From: the human T2T-CHM13v2.0 reference genome, Homo sapiens
NCBI RefSeq assembly: GCF_009914755.1
Contig: NC_060940.1
Direction: 5' to 3' (one strand)
Length of the DNA stretch: 64,000 bases
Shown: positions 1 through 52,402 of the stretch, in pieces
Layout: each line of letters begins with the position of its first letter
Position numbering within the stretch: position 1 is the stretch's first letter
Notes under the pieces: model-generated
Seen by the model: the letters and a program-made list of their open reading frames with translations, nothing else
What the model was told of the DNA's origin: nothing
Database searches by the model: none
Program-made: the position numbers and the translations under genes

Positions 1-245
1 GGCGCAATCATAGCACACTGAAGCCTTGACAACCCCAGCTCAAGCGATCCACCCCCCTCAGCCTCCCAAGTAGTAGGCAACACAGATGTGTGCGACTACG
101 CCCAGCTAATTTTTTTTTTTTTGTGGAGACAAGGTCTCTCCATGTTGCCTAGGCTGGTCTTGAACTCCTGGGCTCAAGCGATCTTCCCCCTTCGACCTCC
201 CAAAGCGTTAGGATTATGTAAAAGCATGAGTCACTGCGCCCACCT
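1..245 (-). mobile_element. Alu (AluJ-like, cut by window edge)
   Basis: Reverse Alu consensus, diverged. Confidence 0.9.
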
Positions 246-249
246 GTCA

Positions 250-510
250 CATCTTTTTGTTTCTTCTATACTGCCTTATTTTGTAGAAAGTAGCTATTTT
301 CTCGTATAACATTAATTCCTTTATTTTTAACTTGTCCCTCATCTCTGTTTTGTGTTATTATTACCCTTATTATCTATGTTACAAACCCAACCATACAGTG
401 TTAATCTTGTTTTAAAAAGCTGAGAAAAAATATATAGTTACAGAGTTTTTTTAACCTTCTAATTTGCCACTTATACTTCTGTTGATTCCTTTGTGTAGAT
501 TAGAGTTACA
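250..510 (-). mobile_element. Old L1 (L1M-type) fragment
   Basis: T-rich sequence resembling an antisense L1M 3' region; by eye. Confidence 0.4.
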
Positions 511-609
511 CAATTTATTGCTAAAGAAAATAAATATGGTCAAAAGTCACCAGTGTCCTCATTCACTGTAGCTTGCTGCAACAGAATTTACCCTACACTT
601 CCATAAGAC

Positions 610-690
610 ATCTGACATTTGCACAGGGCTTCATAAGGTCCAAAGTACTTTCGTTGTCTGTGGTTTAATCTCACAAAACCCATAGTCCTT
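610..690. mobile_element. MIR fragment
   Basis: catttgcacagggcttc...aaagtacttt...tttaatctcacaaaaccc resembles the MIR core. Confidence 0.4.
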
Positions 691-812
691 TGTGAGCAAA
701 TGCAAGGCAGTGTCTTACTGACCAGAAAACCACCCTGGATTAACAAAAGAATGCCTCCTTTCCTCTTCACTTTCTGAGCAACTGGGGCCCTGCTCTGGCA
801 GCAGAATGTTCT

Positions 813-946
813 CTTTTTTATTTTTTGTAGAGATGGGATCTCACTGTGCTGCCCAGGCTGGTCTTGAACTCCTGGCCTCAAGTGATCCTCCTGCTCTGGA
901 CTCCGAGAGTCCTGGGATCACAAGTCTGAGCCACTGCAGCTGGCCC
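813..946 (-). mobile_element. Alu left monomer (FLAM-like)
   Basis: Single reverse monomer flanked by the cagaa(t/c)gttct direct repeat. Confidence 0.85.
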
Positions 947-1067
947 AGAACGTTCTTCTGAAACAATTATAAATTTGTTTCAAAATACACTAGGCCTTTC
1001 GGGTCAGGCTGTACTACTTTTCATAGGTTAGGTCAGCCCTAACTCGTCCACACCAACTTGTATCTGA

Positions 1068-1385
<318 letters not shown>

Positions 1386-1456
1386 CTTGGCCACTTTTTA
1401 TACCAAGATCAAGTTGCTCGGGGTTTGAGGAGGGAATGGGGCAGAGGAATATATAT

Positions 1457-2650
<1,194 letters not shown>

Positions 2651-2904
2651 GTGCTTATTAATTTTGAAAGCTTGCAAGCTTTTACTTACAAAACAGGACA
2701 TGCCTAACAACACAAGATAGCAGATTATGCAGAAGAAAAGGGCAGGCCCTTGGCCTGGGTACTCTGGACAGTGGTGTTTCTGTTCTTGGAGACTGTATCA
2801 TCACCACAGAATGGGCTTTCTAGAAATGGGCATTCATCCCTTGCATCAGATAAAGCAGTGTATATTCTCATCTCCCCAGGCCAGCTAAAGAATGTTCTTG
2901 AGGC

Positions 2905-3222
2905 ATCAGGCGCGGTAATTCTCACCTGTAATCCCAGCACTTTGGGAGGCTAAGGTGAGAGGATTGCTTAAGTCCAGGAGTTGGAGATCAGCCTGGGCAA
3001 CATAGTGAGATGTCAACTCTACAAAAAATAAAATACAAAAAACATTAGCTGGGCATGGTAGTGCATGCCTGTAGTCCTAGCTACTTGGAGGGCTTAGGCC
3101 GGAGGATCACTTGAGCCCAGAAGGTTGAGGCTACAGTGATACAGTGAGCTAAGGTTGTGCCACTGTACTCCAGCCTGGGGGACAGAGCAAGACCCTGTCT
3201 CTAAAAAAACCAAAAAGAAAAA
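2905..3222 (+). mobile_element. Alu (AluJ)
   Basis: Diverged forward Alu. Confidence 0.92.
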
Positions 3223-3539
3223 GAATATTTCAAATCTGCCCTAACTGCTCTCCTTCAGTTTCCCAATTGGTGCAGGTACCTGGAACTAAATCAAAACAAA
3301 GGTTGGGGGCTCTATGCAAACAGTCCTCACAGGATAGGAAGCTCCAGGAAGGGTGAGTGATGGAGAGGGGTGGGCACCTCTGGGCAGCAGCCCCCTGCCC
3401 AGGGCACCTCAGTCACAGGGTGGGAGCACTGTGCAGAGAAGGGGTCCCTGAGGGTAGGAAAGATTCACCTGCAGCTTCCACACCTTCAGGGCAGATGCGA
3501 CAGCTCACTACAGCCAAACAAAACTGAGGTCACAACTCT

Positions 3540-4350
<811 letters not shown>

Positions 4351-4579
4351 TCAGATAACATGCCTGAGCTGACACACTAGTTATTACTTTCCTCTACGAA
4401 TAAAATGGGATTGGAGTTTGCTTGTTCACTTTTTTTTCTCTTTCCTTTTATCCCCTCCCTGCGCACCATGCTCTTCTCCAAAGCTGCTGCAGTAAACCCA
4501 GCACTTGCAGGATGGGGGTGTGATCTCACCAGAGTAATTAACATTGACTTCCTAATGCTGAGACCAAGGCTGTGTGGCA

Positions 4580-4710
4580 GGCAGGGTTCTTAGCTGCAAA
4601 CCAGAGCATGAAACTGGCTGAGTTAGCAGAAATGGAATTTACCAAAAAGATGGTTCAGAGCTTAGAGAATTGCTGAGAAGGTGGAAAGCTGAAGCACAGA
4701 AAATGCAGGG
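4580..4710. mobile_element. Ancient MaLR/ERVL-type LTR fragment
   Basis: gggttcttagctgcaaaccagag...gcagaaatggaatttacc resembles old MLT1/LTR33-type ends. Confidence 0.35.
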
Positions 4711-4810
4711 AGAGTTTGGAAAAAAAATCTCAACACTCATATGATCGTCAAAGGTTGTTTTTAGCCTAGATTCCAAAGGTTAAAGCAACTGGCTTTTTAA
4801 TCATTAAACA

Positions 4811-5314
<504 letters not shown>

Positions 5315-5471
5315 CAGAGACAACTTTTTATTATCTATTCTCCCTGGAAGAAGAGGATATAAGGAGTTTGGGAGAAATTACATGGAAGGAAAAAATGTAA
5401 CAACCATCATCAGACTAGGGAAACTCAGCAGAATAACATTACCATTTCATTCTACAGCAAACATCACCCTA

Positions 5472-6080
<609 letters not shown>

Positions 6081-6629
6081 CTAGTATTTTTAGAGAGTCA
6101 CACATGGTATCCCATGTCACTCCATTTCTCTCACTCCTTGCAGCCATGCCCTCCTCTCTCCATTGATCGGCTCACCCAGAAAAAAGACCCTTTTCTGTTT
6201 CCCCACATCCCACACATTCAACGTTCCCATGAGGAAGTGACTTTGCTCAAGGGTTTAAAGGCTTGCTACATCACAGCCCAGTAGATCCTGACTTTAAAGT
6301 CTCTGAGCCCTATCAAAGGTGTTATGCCAAACAGCCGTCTTGGTGGTATTCCAGCCCAAGTCTTACCAGCTGACCATTTTTTCTCCCTGCTCATGTAGCT
6401 CATTTGAATGAAACACAGGAGCCCCAGGAAGAGCTACCTAGAAGAGCCGATCAGTAAGAGTCCCGGAGCCCAAATTCGGAGGAGAGGAGGACGAAGTCAA
6501 AAGCTGCTTTCATGTCCCAATTTGCATTCTGTCAGTCACTGCCTAAATGAAAATGTTTTTGAAAAAACCATCTTGATTTTTGTACCCAGTTTCAACAATT
6601 CTTTGTGGGAAAGGACCACAGGAAAAAAT

Positions 6630-7359
6630 GAAAGGCATCTATATATAAAATCTTTATTACAGGCAGTATTGGTCCATACACTAACACAATACCAACAGTA
6701 CAGGTTTAATCTTTCAAAATCATCATTTAAACAGCAAAAGACCAAGAAATAAAATTTGAGTCAATTATTTTTCAAAATATTCTCAATGCACATTATCCTT
6801 AATTCCCTTATTATAGTGAAACATACAAATACAGAAAAATACCCCATTTAACAAATACTAGTGTTAAATGGTTATTTGGCTTAAAATCTGAGTTAAGAAA
6901 ATCCTTTTTAGCAACCTACATACAGATAAGTAGCAAACTTTATTATATTAAACAAATTCATTCTGCTAAAACATGTAAAGAATTTCATCCATCATGTATT
7001 CTGATCCCAGTACAAGTGTTTATTCTCTTACCGTCACGATTCTTATATGAAGGACCAACTCAAAGAGTTGTCCTAGATATAACCTTATCCTCTTCCCCAA
7101 CACACTTCATCCAAAAGTCTGTTCAACAGATGGCAACCGGGTAGCAGTCACTTCACCATCTGATGCCAGTGGTTCCGTGAGAGCGTGGCCAGGCCTGTGA
7201 AACAGCCCATTTTCCTACCTACTGTGGGTTGCTGCTCAGGAGGAACGATATACGCCAATACAAGCAGGAAATCTGCAGCTCCTCTGCTATGTGCCTCAGA
7301 ACACTTTCAATTTTTCTGGTCAATGCTCTGATTAGGTATCATACATAAAAGCCAGCATA
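6630..7359 (-). other. ZC3H7A: ZC3H7A 3' UTR (end approximate)
   Basis: Repeat-free AU-rich sequence after the stop, ending near the distal AATAAA. Confidence 0.8.
6653..6658 (-). terminator. Distal polyadenylation signal AATAAA
   Basis: TTTATT on +; followed on the minus strand by a U/GU-rich downstream element (ttttttcctgtggtccttt). Confidence 0.8.
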
Positions 7360-38390
<31,031 letters not shown>

Positions 38391-38637
38391 GTTATCCCAC
38401 ACATCCACTTTCTAAATGAGCAATCTGGAAAGAAACAAGGCAAAAAAGCACATAAGGTACCAGGGTCCCTGGACTCCAATGAAAACACCCACAAATCCAG
38501 ACCTTGTCACACAATCAGCTGTGGACACATCCATTTCTGACTTGACTCCAGGGTCCTGGACGGCAGGGACCGTACAGGAGTCATCTTTGTGGCTCCCCTG
38601 TGGTCCGGCACACCATAAGCACACCGTTTTCATATTC

Positions 38638-38949
38638 TTTTTTTTTTTTTTTTTTTTTTTTGAGACGGAGTCTCGCTCCATTGCCCAGGCTGGAGTGCAG
38701 TGGCGCGATCTCGCGATCTCGGCTCACTGCAAACTTCACCTCCAGGGTTCAAGCAATTCTCCTGTCTCAGCCTCCTGAGTGGCTGGGACTCAGATGCCTG
38801 CGACCACGCCTGGCTAATTTTTGTATTTTTAGGAGAGACAGGGTTTCACCTTACTGGTCAAGCTGGTCTCGAACTCGTGACCTCAAGTGATCCACCTACC
38901 TCGGCCTCCCAAAGTGTGGGATTATAGGTGTGAGCCACAGCGCCTGGCC
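38638..38949 (-). mobile_element. Alu (AluS)
   Basis: TSD gttttca(t/c)attcttt. Confidence 0.94.
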
Positions 38950-39469
38950 AGTTTTCACATTCTTTAAGGCTGAATGGCTATGCAGACTTTGTATACCCCT
39001 CCTGAGCAGTCTCCAGGAAAAAGTCATGTCTCCCCTTCCTTTCCTCTTCCCTCCTTTGGCTTCAGGTTTTGTTTTTCCCTGTCTACACGCACGCATAAGC
39101 TGTCCCTAGAACAGTTCCAGCCTTGTTTTGCTTCTGGAAGCTCTCCAGAAATAAAAAGGTTTCACATCCGCTTGCCTCCGAGGGAGTCTGACTTCCTTGT
39201 AAGCCAAGTTTAAACCTTATACATATTTTGTCCCACAAACTTCCAAAATGATTATTGTTGATACAACAGATAAAATAATGATATAAAGTTACTTCCATTG
39301 GAATTTTCTGGATATTAAAATGTTATCCTCAATATAACACTTGCAAATGTCAACACATATCATTCTTTTGGGCCCCACCTCCACTAATCAACGTTCACCG
39401 AGCAGTTCCCCAAGTTCAAGGAGAGCCACAGAGAAGAGATCTGAGATAAAACATCATCTCCCAGTGGCC

Positions 39470-39670
39470 CAAACTAGAGTTCCTCAGGCTTGGCATTCTG
39501 GGCTAGCTAATTCCTTGTCTTGTGATTGCAGGACATTGGCAGTATTTCTGCCTCTACCCACTATGCCTGTAGCCCCTCACCCCAACCCCACTCACAACCA
39601 AAAATGTCTCCAGATATCGTTAAATGTCAGGGTGGGGAAAGCACAATCAGCCCCAGTTGAGAACAACTGA
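39470..39670. mobile_element. MER20
   Basis: acaaccaaaaatgtctccagatatcg.taaatgtc and ccccagttgagaacaactg. Confidence 0.75.
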
Positions 39671-39929
39671 GACCTAAAGTTAAGACAACATCTTACACAT
39701 AAACCACGTATTTGGACCCAGGTGACAGGAAGGGAAATTCCACTCATGTTTGAAGTACATTGCTGAAATTTTTTAGTTTCATTATTGCTTGGCATTTACA
39801 GTTTTATTTTTAAATCTCATTTTTTTCAAAGTATAAGGGTGAGATGGGGGTTGGAATGTCCCAAATGCTGATAACTGGTGCTAAACCCTTTCTTCTTTGA
39901 AACACCGTCAGTTCTCAATATTTTTGTCC

Positions 39930-40380
39930 TATAAAGTTGGTACTTTACTGAAGTGTTTACATGGGAAAGGATATGACATAGGGGACTTGCTTTAAAATAC
40001 TCCAGTAACAACAAAAAAGGGGGGGGCTGTGAGGTGGGGAGGAAACAGCAGAATGCTGATAACCAGGGGAGGGTGAGAAGTGCAGGGGATTCTTCAGTAC
40101 TATTCTCTGGACTTTGTATGTGTTTGAAACATTACAAAATAAGAAGTTTAAGAAGTCCATGACACTAGAGTAAAATGGCACTATTTCTGGAATGTGCTTT
40201 TAAAACAGTTTAGCCAAAAGGGGGGTAGCTGGGTGGAAATAAAACAAGAATGCCAAAAATATGGATAATGGTTCCAGCTGGATGAGGGGCATGGAAGCTC
40301 ATTCCACCCTTCTAGCTACTTGGACATGTTGGCCCATGTCCTTAATAGAAATGCTTTTTTAAAAAAATTTATATATTTTT
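39930..40380 (+). mobile_element. Old L1 (L1ME-type) 3' UTR fragments
   Basis: gatatgacataggggacttgctttaaaatactccag and ggattcttcagtactattctc. Confidence 0.55.
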
Positions 40381-40472
40381 TTAATTTATAAATGTTTTCT
40401 AAAAATTTATATGTACAAAATAATTTAAGGAAGCACTATTTGTAAAAGAAAAAGATTTTTTAAATTAACTCA

Positions 40473-41550
<1,078 letters not shown>

Positions 41551-41599
41551 ATTTTTTTAAAAAAACTAACCCAGTGTCTATCAAAAAGGAAATGCCTGA

Positions 41600-41955
<356 letters not shown>

Positions 41956-42739
41956 TTTTGTGTTTTTTTAAAGTGACGGGTAGGTATATATATTGACATA
42001 TGCTTGTGTAAACATAAAATAGTCCCAGATGGAATCATGGGAGACTACAGCAGTAGTAGAAGACTGAGGCTGGAAAAGGGGTAGGACGAGGTCTTTTCAA
42101 TCTATGTGTTCAAAACTTTTGTTTTATTTGGAGCCACGTAAATGAATTACCTCTGTACAAAAATTAAACAAATTTTTAAAGTTTATGTATCCTCTGAGCC
42201 CTTCCTTGGAAAGATGACTTAAGGGACCACCGGGCTTTTGTTTGTTTTAGCTAAAACAGGGCAATTTACTTAGAGTTCGAACTTTAGAGTTCAGAGGAAC
42301 CCAGAGTAGTATGCAGGATGCCAGAGCAGTCAGGCCAGAGGGAGGGAACAAAAGAAAAGGATGTCTGAAACCAGGACGATGGCCACACAGTTCAGTGAAT
42401 GATGTACCTTTCTCTCAGCCTCTATCTAGCCAAGGTAGGGAATTGGTTTGAGGTTGACTCAAAAAGTTAATCTGCTGGCTAAGAATGGACTCCTGGGTAG
42501 TGATATCTGCCAAGTTTATAGCCTTAAAGCTATTTTCCCCAGAAAGTGTTAGAGAACCTTGAACCTCAACCTTATACACAAAAGGCGTGTGGCAAAGAGC
42601 TGACACCACAAGTAAGTGATTGAAAGGAAACGGAAAATGGATACAGACGTTTTTAATGCACAAAATACACCCCTTTAGCTGTTTATAGATCTAGGATCAC
42701 AATATCAGGCAATATTTGAATATAATATGACAGAGTATT

Positions 42740-43460
42740 TCATGTTCAGTAGTTTTTTAAGTTTCCCCAAAAACTTTTATTTTGAAAGTTCTCAAACACA
42801 CAGTAAAGTTAAAAACAATTATAATACTGTATGCCCAAACCCACAATTAATATTTTGTGAGATCACATCTGCCCATCTTTATCTATCTGCTCATCCTTCT
42901 GTTCATTCATCAGTCCGTCTTACTGTTTTAATAAATTTCAAAGTCAGCTGCAGATACCTAAACATCTCAGCACACACACAATTAAGTAGAGATCAATATT
43001 TGTTTACAGTTTTGTTTTTTAAGGTAAAACACGCAAATCTTAATGTGAGTTTTGACAAACTCATGTGACCCAGAGCCCTATCAGGATATAGATCAGCACC
43101 TTGGGAGGCCAAGGCAGGAGGATCATTTGAGCCCAGGAGTATGAAACCAGCCTGGGCAAGATGGAGAGACCCCATCTCTACAAAAAATTAAGCCAGGTGT
43201 GGTGGTACGTGCCTGTAGTCCTAGCTACTCAGGAGGCTAAGGCAAGAGGACTGATTAAGCCCAGGAGTTGGAGGCTGCAGTGAGCTGCTGACCGCGCCAC
43301 TACAACCCAACCTGGGCAACAGAACAAGATCTTGTCTCTTAAATAAAGAAAAGATATAGACCATTAACTGTCACTCTACAAAGTTCCTTCATGCCCCTTC
43401 CCCAAACCACTACTGTAATTTCTTTTTTCCTCACCATTGATTAGTTTTACCTGTGAAATA
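42740..43460 (-). mobile_element. Old L1 fragments with an inserted 5'-truncated forward AluJ (43100-43345)
   Basis: gcaaatcttaatgtgagttttgacaaa and aaagttccttcatgcccctt; Alu TSD gatataga(t/c)ca. Confidence 0.6.
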
Positions 43461-43494
43461 ATCTCCCCCCAACACACACCCCTTTGTGTGTGTG

Positions 43495-44070
<576 letters not shown>

Positions 44071-44329
44071 TTAAAAATATACTATCTTATTTTTGGATAC
44101 TGTTAAAATCTAGCCTCAATTTTAAAGAAAGAAAGAATTTTACAAAGTTAACCCAACAGTCTCTTTTCTTACTCAGTCTCAGCAGCACTCCCTCCCAGGG
44201 GCCCCTCCCTTCAACTTCCACCTCACAGCCTGGGCTAGGTCTGTCCCCACCTCACAGGCCACTCTGTCTCCTGCAAGCTGAGGCTCCATCTCCACAGACC
44301 TCTCACCTTGAGAGCCCTGAGGACCCACT

Positions 44330-44620
44330 CTTGAGATCTCCCCGAGCCATACTCTCCCATAGAGGTCCTCCCTCCATCAGATGTCAAATGCCCTCATCTA
44401 GGGCCCCATGACAACTCTCACGTCCATCCCCAGGCAGACCCTCTGGCCTGTTTGACAGTTCCATTTGAATTTCTCACAGACATCCTAAACTGTTCATTTT
44501 AACATGACAGTGAAAAGGAATGTCTCCTTCCCATCCTATCACTTAGCCACCCATTTGCCCTTCCGCCCGTTTGCCCTCCTGGAGGGCCACCAACCACTGT
44601 TACCAGTCTCAGAAAAGTCC
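44330..44620 (+). mobile_element. L2 fragment
   Basis: Pyrimidine-rich ttccatttgaatttctcacagacatcctaaact resembles L2. Confidence 0.45.
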
Positions 44621-44639
44621 AGACAAATATATTGCTTTC

Positions 44640-44947
44640 TTTTTTTTCTTTCTTTTTTTTTTTTTTTGAGACGCAGTCTCCCTCTGTTGCCCAGGCTGGA
44701 GTGTAGTGGCGTGATCTCGGCTCAATACAACCTCCGCCTCCTGGGTTCAAGCGATTATCCTGCCTCAGCCGCCCCAGTATCTGGGGTTACAGGTACGCAC
44801 CAGCACACCCAGCTAATTTTTGTATTTTTAGTAGAGATGGGGTTTCACCATGTTGGTCAGGCTGGTCTCGAACTCCTGACCTCGTGATCTGCCTGCCTCA
44901 GCCTCCCAAAGTGCTGGGATTACAGGCGTGAGCCACCACGCTCGGCC
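44640..44947 (-). mobile_element. Alu (AluS)
   Basis: Full reverse Alu. Confidence 0.94.
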
Positions 44948-44964
44948 TCACAAAGATATTCTAT

Positions 44965-45275
44965 AGAACGATTCTGTATCTTGATTGTGGGAGTGGTTAC
45001 ATGAATTTATGCATGGGATAAAACTGCATAATACTACACACACACACATACACACACAGGCACGCACAACCACACACACACAAGTGCTGCTTAAAACCCA
45101 GTGAGGCCCATAGTTTGGTTAACAGTATTATACTAATGTCAATTTCCTGGTTGTGACAGTGTGCTACAGTTATATGTCACCATTGAAGGAAGAGGGGGTG
45201 AAGGGTTCATGGGACTCCATGTACTACTTTTGAAACTTCCTGTGAGTCTATAATTATTTCAAAATAAAAAGGTAA
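44965..45275 (+). mobile_element. L1M 3' UTR with internal CA repeat
   Basis: tctgtatcttgattgtgg...ggttacatgaat...cttcctgtgagtctataattatttcaaaataaaaag. Confidence 0.7.
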
Positions 45276-47115
<1,840 letters not shown>

Positions 47116-47121
47116 ATTTTT

Positions 47122-47124
<3 letters not shown>

Positions 47125-47164
<40 letters not shown>
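47125..47164. repeat. (AC)n microsatellite, about 20 units
   Basis: Perfect dinucleotide run. Confidence 0.97.
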
Positions 47165-47166
<2 letters not shown>

Positions 47167-47174
47167 CCCAATGC

Positions 47175-47615
47175 TTGCACTCTGCTTAAGACCCTTCAGC
47201 AGTTGCTTGGGACGCTGGATGAAGCCTTGCCTCCGTACGGTGACCTAGCAGACCCCCATCCCCAAGCCACGCAGCTCCTGCCTCCCCCAGCTTCACACAT
47301 GAGGCTCCCGTCACACTGACCTTTTAAGAGCTCCCAGAACAAGTCAGGCACTCCATGCTTCTAAGTCACTGTGTTTGTTGTTCCCTCTGCCCAAAATACA
47401 CTTCCCAGCTCTTCACAGAGCTGCCTCCCTTTCATCCATCCACAAGTGGGCTTAAATAACACTGTTAGGTACCTTCCCTTGCCACCCTAAATTGCTGCCT
47501 CACCCCAGTCTCACCCCTCTTATTCACTTCAGCAGGTACCTGCTACTTCTCATGCTTCATTGTAAGAACAAGATCTGGGTCCAGCTCAACAAATACTTGA
47601 ACAAAGAATGAAGTA
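47175..47615 (+). mobile_element. L2 3' end
   Basis: tgttgttccctctgcccaaaatacacttccc...ctcaacaaatacttgaacaaagaatgaa. Confidence 0.65.
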
Positions 47616-47944
47616 AGCAGCCCAGTGTAAAGAGAATGCCTCATACAAAGTTCAGAGGCCCAGGAGATAGAAGCTGGTAAAACCATTCACAAGAAGCAAG
47701 CGTGAAGAAGGAGGGTGCCCAGCAGGAAATGACTGCATGCAAACAGAGCTGGTTATAGTGGGGCTTGGCCCCCAACCCTTTGGGGAAACAAGGTGGGAAG
47801 TGAATCAATATAGTGGGAACTGCCTGGAGACAGCGACGGAAAAAAACCTGAAACCATAAGGGATTCCTCAAGATATACAATGACAAGTTTCACTGATCCC
47901 CTCTTCTCCTAAATAAAAAAGAATTCCAGGGAAGAAGGCACTTT

Positions 47945-48238
47945 GTTTTTTTGTTTTGTCTTTGAGACAGTGTCTCCCTGTGTTGCCCAGGCTGCAGTAC
48001 AGTGGCACAACCATAGCTCACTGCAGCCTCAACCTCCAGAGCTCAATCTTCCCATCTCAGCCTCCCAAGTAGCTGGAACTACAAGCACATGCCACTATAC
48101 CTGAATAATTTTTGTATTTTTTGTAGAGACAGAGTCCCACTATATTGCCCAGGCTGTTCTCAAACTTCCAGGCTCAAGCAATCCACCCACCTTAGCCTCC
48201 CAAAGTATTGGGATTACAGGCGTGACCTGTGTCTGGCC
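47945..48238 (-). mobile_element. Alu (AluJ)
   Basis: Diverged reverse Alu. Confidence 0.93.
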
Positions 48239-48604
48239 CAAGGAGAGATACTTTGAACAGTTCATTTTAAAGCAAGAAACTCAATTAAATAAGAATTTCA
48301 TTAAATTAACTGAACTCTTACAAACTGGAATATCATCTCTCTGGGATCAGCTGATTTAAAATTTGTTACTAATCTTGAAGTTATGTAAGATCTCAAGGTA
48401 TCCTGGATCTTCAGAACTCCCTTACTATTTACTCAGTGCCTGGTAGGTTAAACTCATTATCCCAAAGTCTAGTACAATGTTGGTAACTAGACAAATAAAT
48501 CCACATCCATGAGCTTTTGACCTTACATGGTAACTTTAGAAACTAGCTCACATTAACAGAAGACATCAAGGTAAGGGAAATGTGACTGCAACATACTGAG
48601 ACAG

Positions 48605-48810
48605 AAATAGTAGCTCTTACTGGACTCCAGGCACTGTTCTACATGCTTTATACGTATTAAGTCATTTAATCCTCCTGCTAACCTTAAGTGACAGGTACTA
48701 TAAAGAAACTGAAATACAGATAAGTGACGCAGCTGGCCCAGGATTACACCTAGGAAGTAGCAGAGCTCAATTTCAAAGGCAGACAGCCTGGCTCCAAGCC
48801 TGAGAGCCTA
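48605..48810. mobile_element. MIR
   Basis: ccaggcactgttctacatgcttta...catttaatcctc...gaaactga...agtagcagagctcaatttcaaa. Confidence 0.7.
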
Positions 48811-49284
48811 TCCACCTGGCTCTTCTGCACATTACGTGCCAAAGACGCCTGGAGGGGAGTGAGCATCTGTCTAGGGTGGCCCTGGGCTGGGCTCTGAAAG
48901 ACAAATATGGCTCTGATGAACAGGTGGGCACTTTAAAGCCATTCAGGAGAAATGAAAGAAACACACGCATGCGTGTGCACTTGTGTACACAAAAAGATAT
49001 GCTCAACAGACGTCATTTAATGCAACTCAGACAAAGCAGAGGGCTTTCACAGGAATGCAGTAGGCCAGGAGTCTGGACATCACTCCAGGGAAAATCTTTC
49101 AAGGGGATCTGCTCCACCCAGAACATAATGTATTTAAATACAAATAATATTAAAACAGCCTTACTTACAAGATGTACTAACACAGGACCAAAGTCTCCCA
49201 GTGAAGGCAGTGCAGAGGTCACCTAGCACAGCATTTGTACTTTTGCCTAAAAAGGTATCCCTACATTTCAAGTGAAAAATTACA

Positions 49285-49575
49285 GGCTGGGTGCAGTGGC
49301 TCATGCCTGTAATCCCAACATTTTAGGAGGCTGAGGTGGGAGGATCGCTTCAGGCCAGGAGTTTGAGACCAGCCTAGGCAACATAGGAGACCCCATCTCT
49401 ATAAAAATGTTTAAAAAATTAAATGGGCATGGTGGTGTACACTGTAGTGCCAGCTACTCGGGAGACTGAGGCAGAAGGATTGCTTGAGGCCAGGAGTTTG
49501 AGGTCACAGCAAACTATGACTATGCCACTATACTCCAACCTGGGTGTCAGAGCAAGATCCTGTCTCAAAAAAAAG
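49285..49575 (+). mobile_element. Alu (AluJ)
   Basis: Diverged forward Alu. Confidence 0.93.
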
Positions 49576-51389
49576 GGGGTGGGGGGGAGGAAAAATGATA
49601 CATTCCACTCCATATTCAATTCTATCCCCAGACTGAAGCCTGTGTAATATTAATAGCTTTAAAACAACAACTACAAAGTAGTTAAAGTATCATTATTGTC
49701 ATCCTTATTTGGCAACAGTATATTAACTGGCTCTTGCAACACTTACAAAAGCACCTGGGGCACAAGGCAAGCCTCAGAAGGCTGCAAACCCAGATGATAA
49801 GACATTGAAGTTGTTGAAGCTCCTACTGGATACTTTATGAAACAGTTTCTCCCTTTTACTGAAAAGGAAAATTTCATGAGAGACAGTATGCCAAACAACA
49901 GCAGGAAGGTAATGTTACATTTTGGCTGGAGTTCTTCCCCCCACAGGAACTATTCACTTTGAAATTGCTGTCAGATTTCAGATTCAGTAAGATACAAAGT
50001 CTGTGAAGAGCCTGAAGAGCCTCCCTCTGCGAAGAGGCTCCGCCTGCCAAGAGCCTCCCTCGGCACCCACGCCCTGCTAAGTGGTGGTTCCCAGGAACAT
50101 CTCATCTTATCTATGACCTCTGTATGGAAGAACTCAACAGGAATATTTCATGTAAAAGCTTCATGACAAATGATTTGCCTGGGGACACTGATACCACCAC
50201 GATGTACCCAAGACCGCCAGCCGATGAAGTCTTCCCAACCAAGTAACCCCAACACACTCTCACCTTCTTACCAAATGTGCCAGATTAATGTCCTGCTCCA
50301 AATTCAGGCCTTTTCAGAAAACATAAAGCTTCCCGCTTTCTATTTGTGAAAAAGTAACCTCGTTGCTTTACATAAACGAAAATCACCTCATTTAATATGC
50401 CTTTTGTGTACATGTAAATTAAAACGTTATCACTAGCAGTAATTTTTAAACTTCTGGATTAATACTTTAATACTTCTCTCCTCCTTAAAAATTATCTAAA
50501 ATTTCTTCTTGATTTGCCAACACCTCACACTTTAAGTAATTTTCATAAGGATTCTGGAGAAAAATATTTTCACTAGAAAAAAAACAAAACAAAACAGAAC
50601 ACTTCCAGACGTTATCCAGAAGACAAAAGTTTGCTCACATCATACTGTCTCTAGAAAGCCCTTTCTAGGGTATCTGTGGCAACAGGATACAGACGTCTTT
50701 TGTTTCTTTCTTCCTTTACTGAAATGCTCAAAACTTTCCAACAGTCACTCTCACCATCCCTGGAGTTGAGAGTTTCTATAATTGATTCTCTTCCACTTAC
50801 AATGACAATTTAACCCACCCCAACTGGCAGGTTTTAAAATCAGTCAAAACTAAGAATTGTGGAACAATGTGGCTGACAAGCCACCATTCTTATTTGCAAA
50901 AACTGACAGAATCTGGGGAATGGGAAGGAAAGAGGGTGTAGGTCTGTGTAAAACCCCCAACGAAAAGTCACAGTAACATGAAGAAAGGCAGGAATTCTCC
51001 ACTTCGTTTGGATGGCAGAAAATCAACGGGCTCTTTGTAGAATAAACACACACACACAAACACACACGCACAAATATTGATAATATTGAGCCTCAACAAC
51101 TCATGATCTCATCCTGAGACAAACCTCATACAACTATTTGTAGCCTCCAGCATACAGCAGATAGGGAAAATTTTTCAACAGGGAAAATACTGTCCATTAA
51201 CTTGAATTATTCTGCAAATTAGGACAAGACCCATTGTGCAATTCAGTTCAACAGTTTGGCTCAGTATGAGAAGGAAGAGGCAGTGGATTCTTTGAGAGCT
51301 TAAGGGAAGGAGGCCACATGCCATCAGAGAAGCAGGAAAGATAAGCAGATAGACATGTCTTCTCAGGGCCACCACCCATTCAGATGCCC

Positions 51390-52402
<1,013 letters not shown>

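Noticed and set aside
50005-50062. Short repeated aagagcct(ccctc) motif that looks like a spaced array
   Set aside because: Only 3-4 degenerate copies within 60 bp; ordinary slippage, not a CRISPR-like or functional array.
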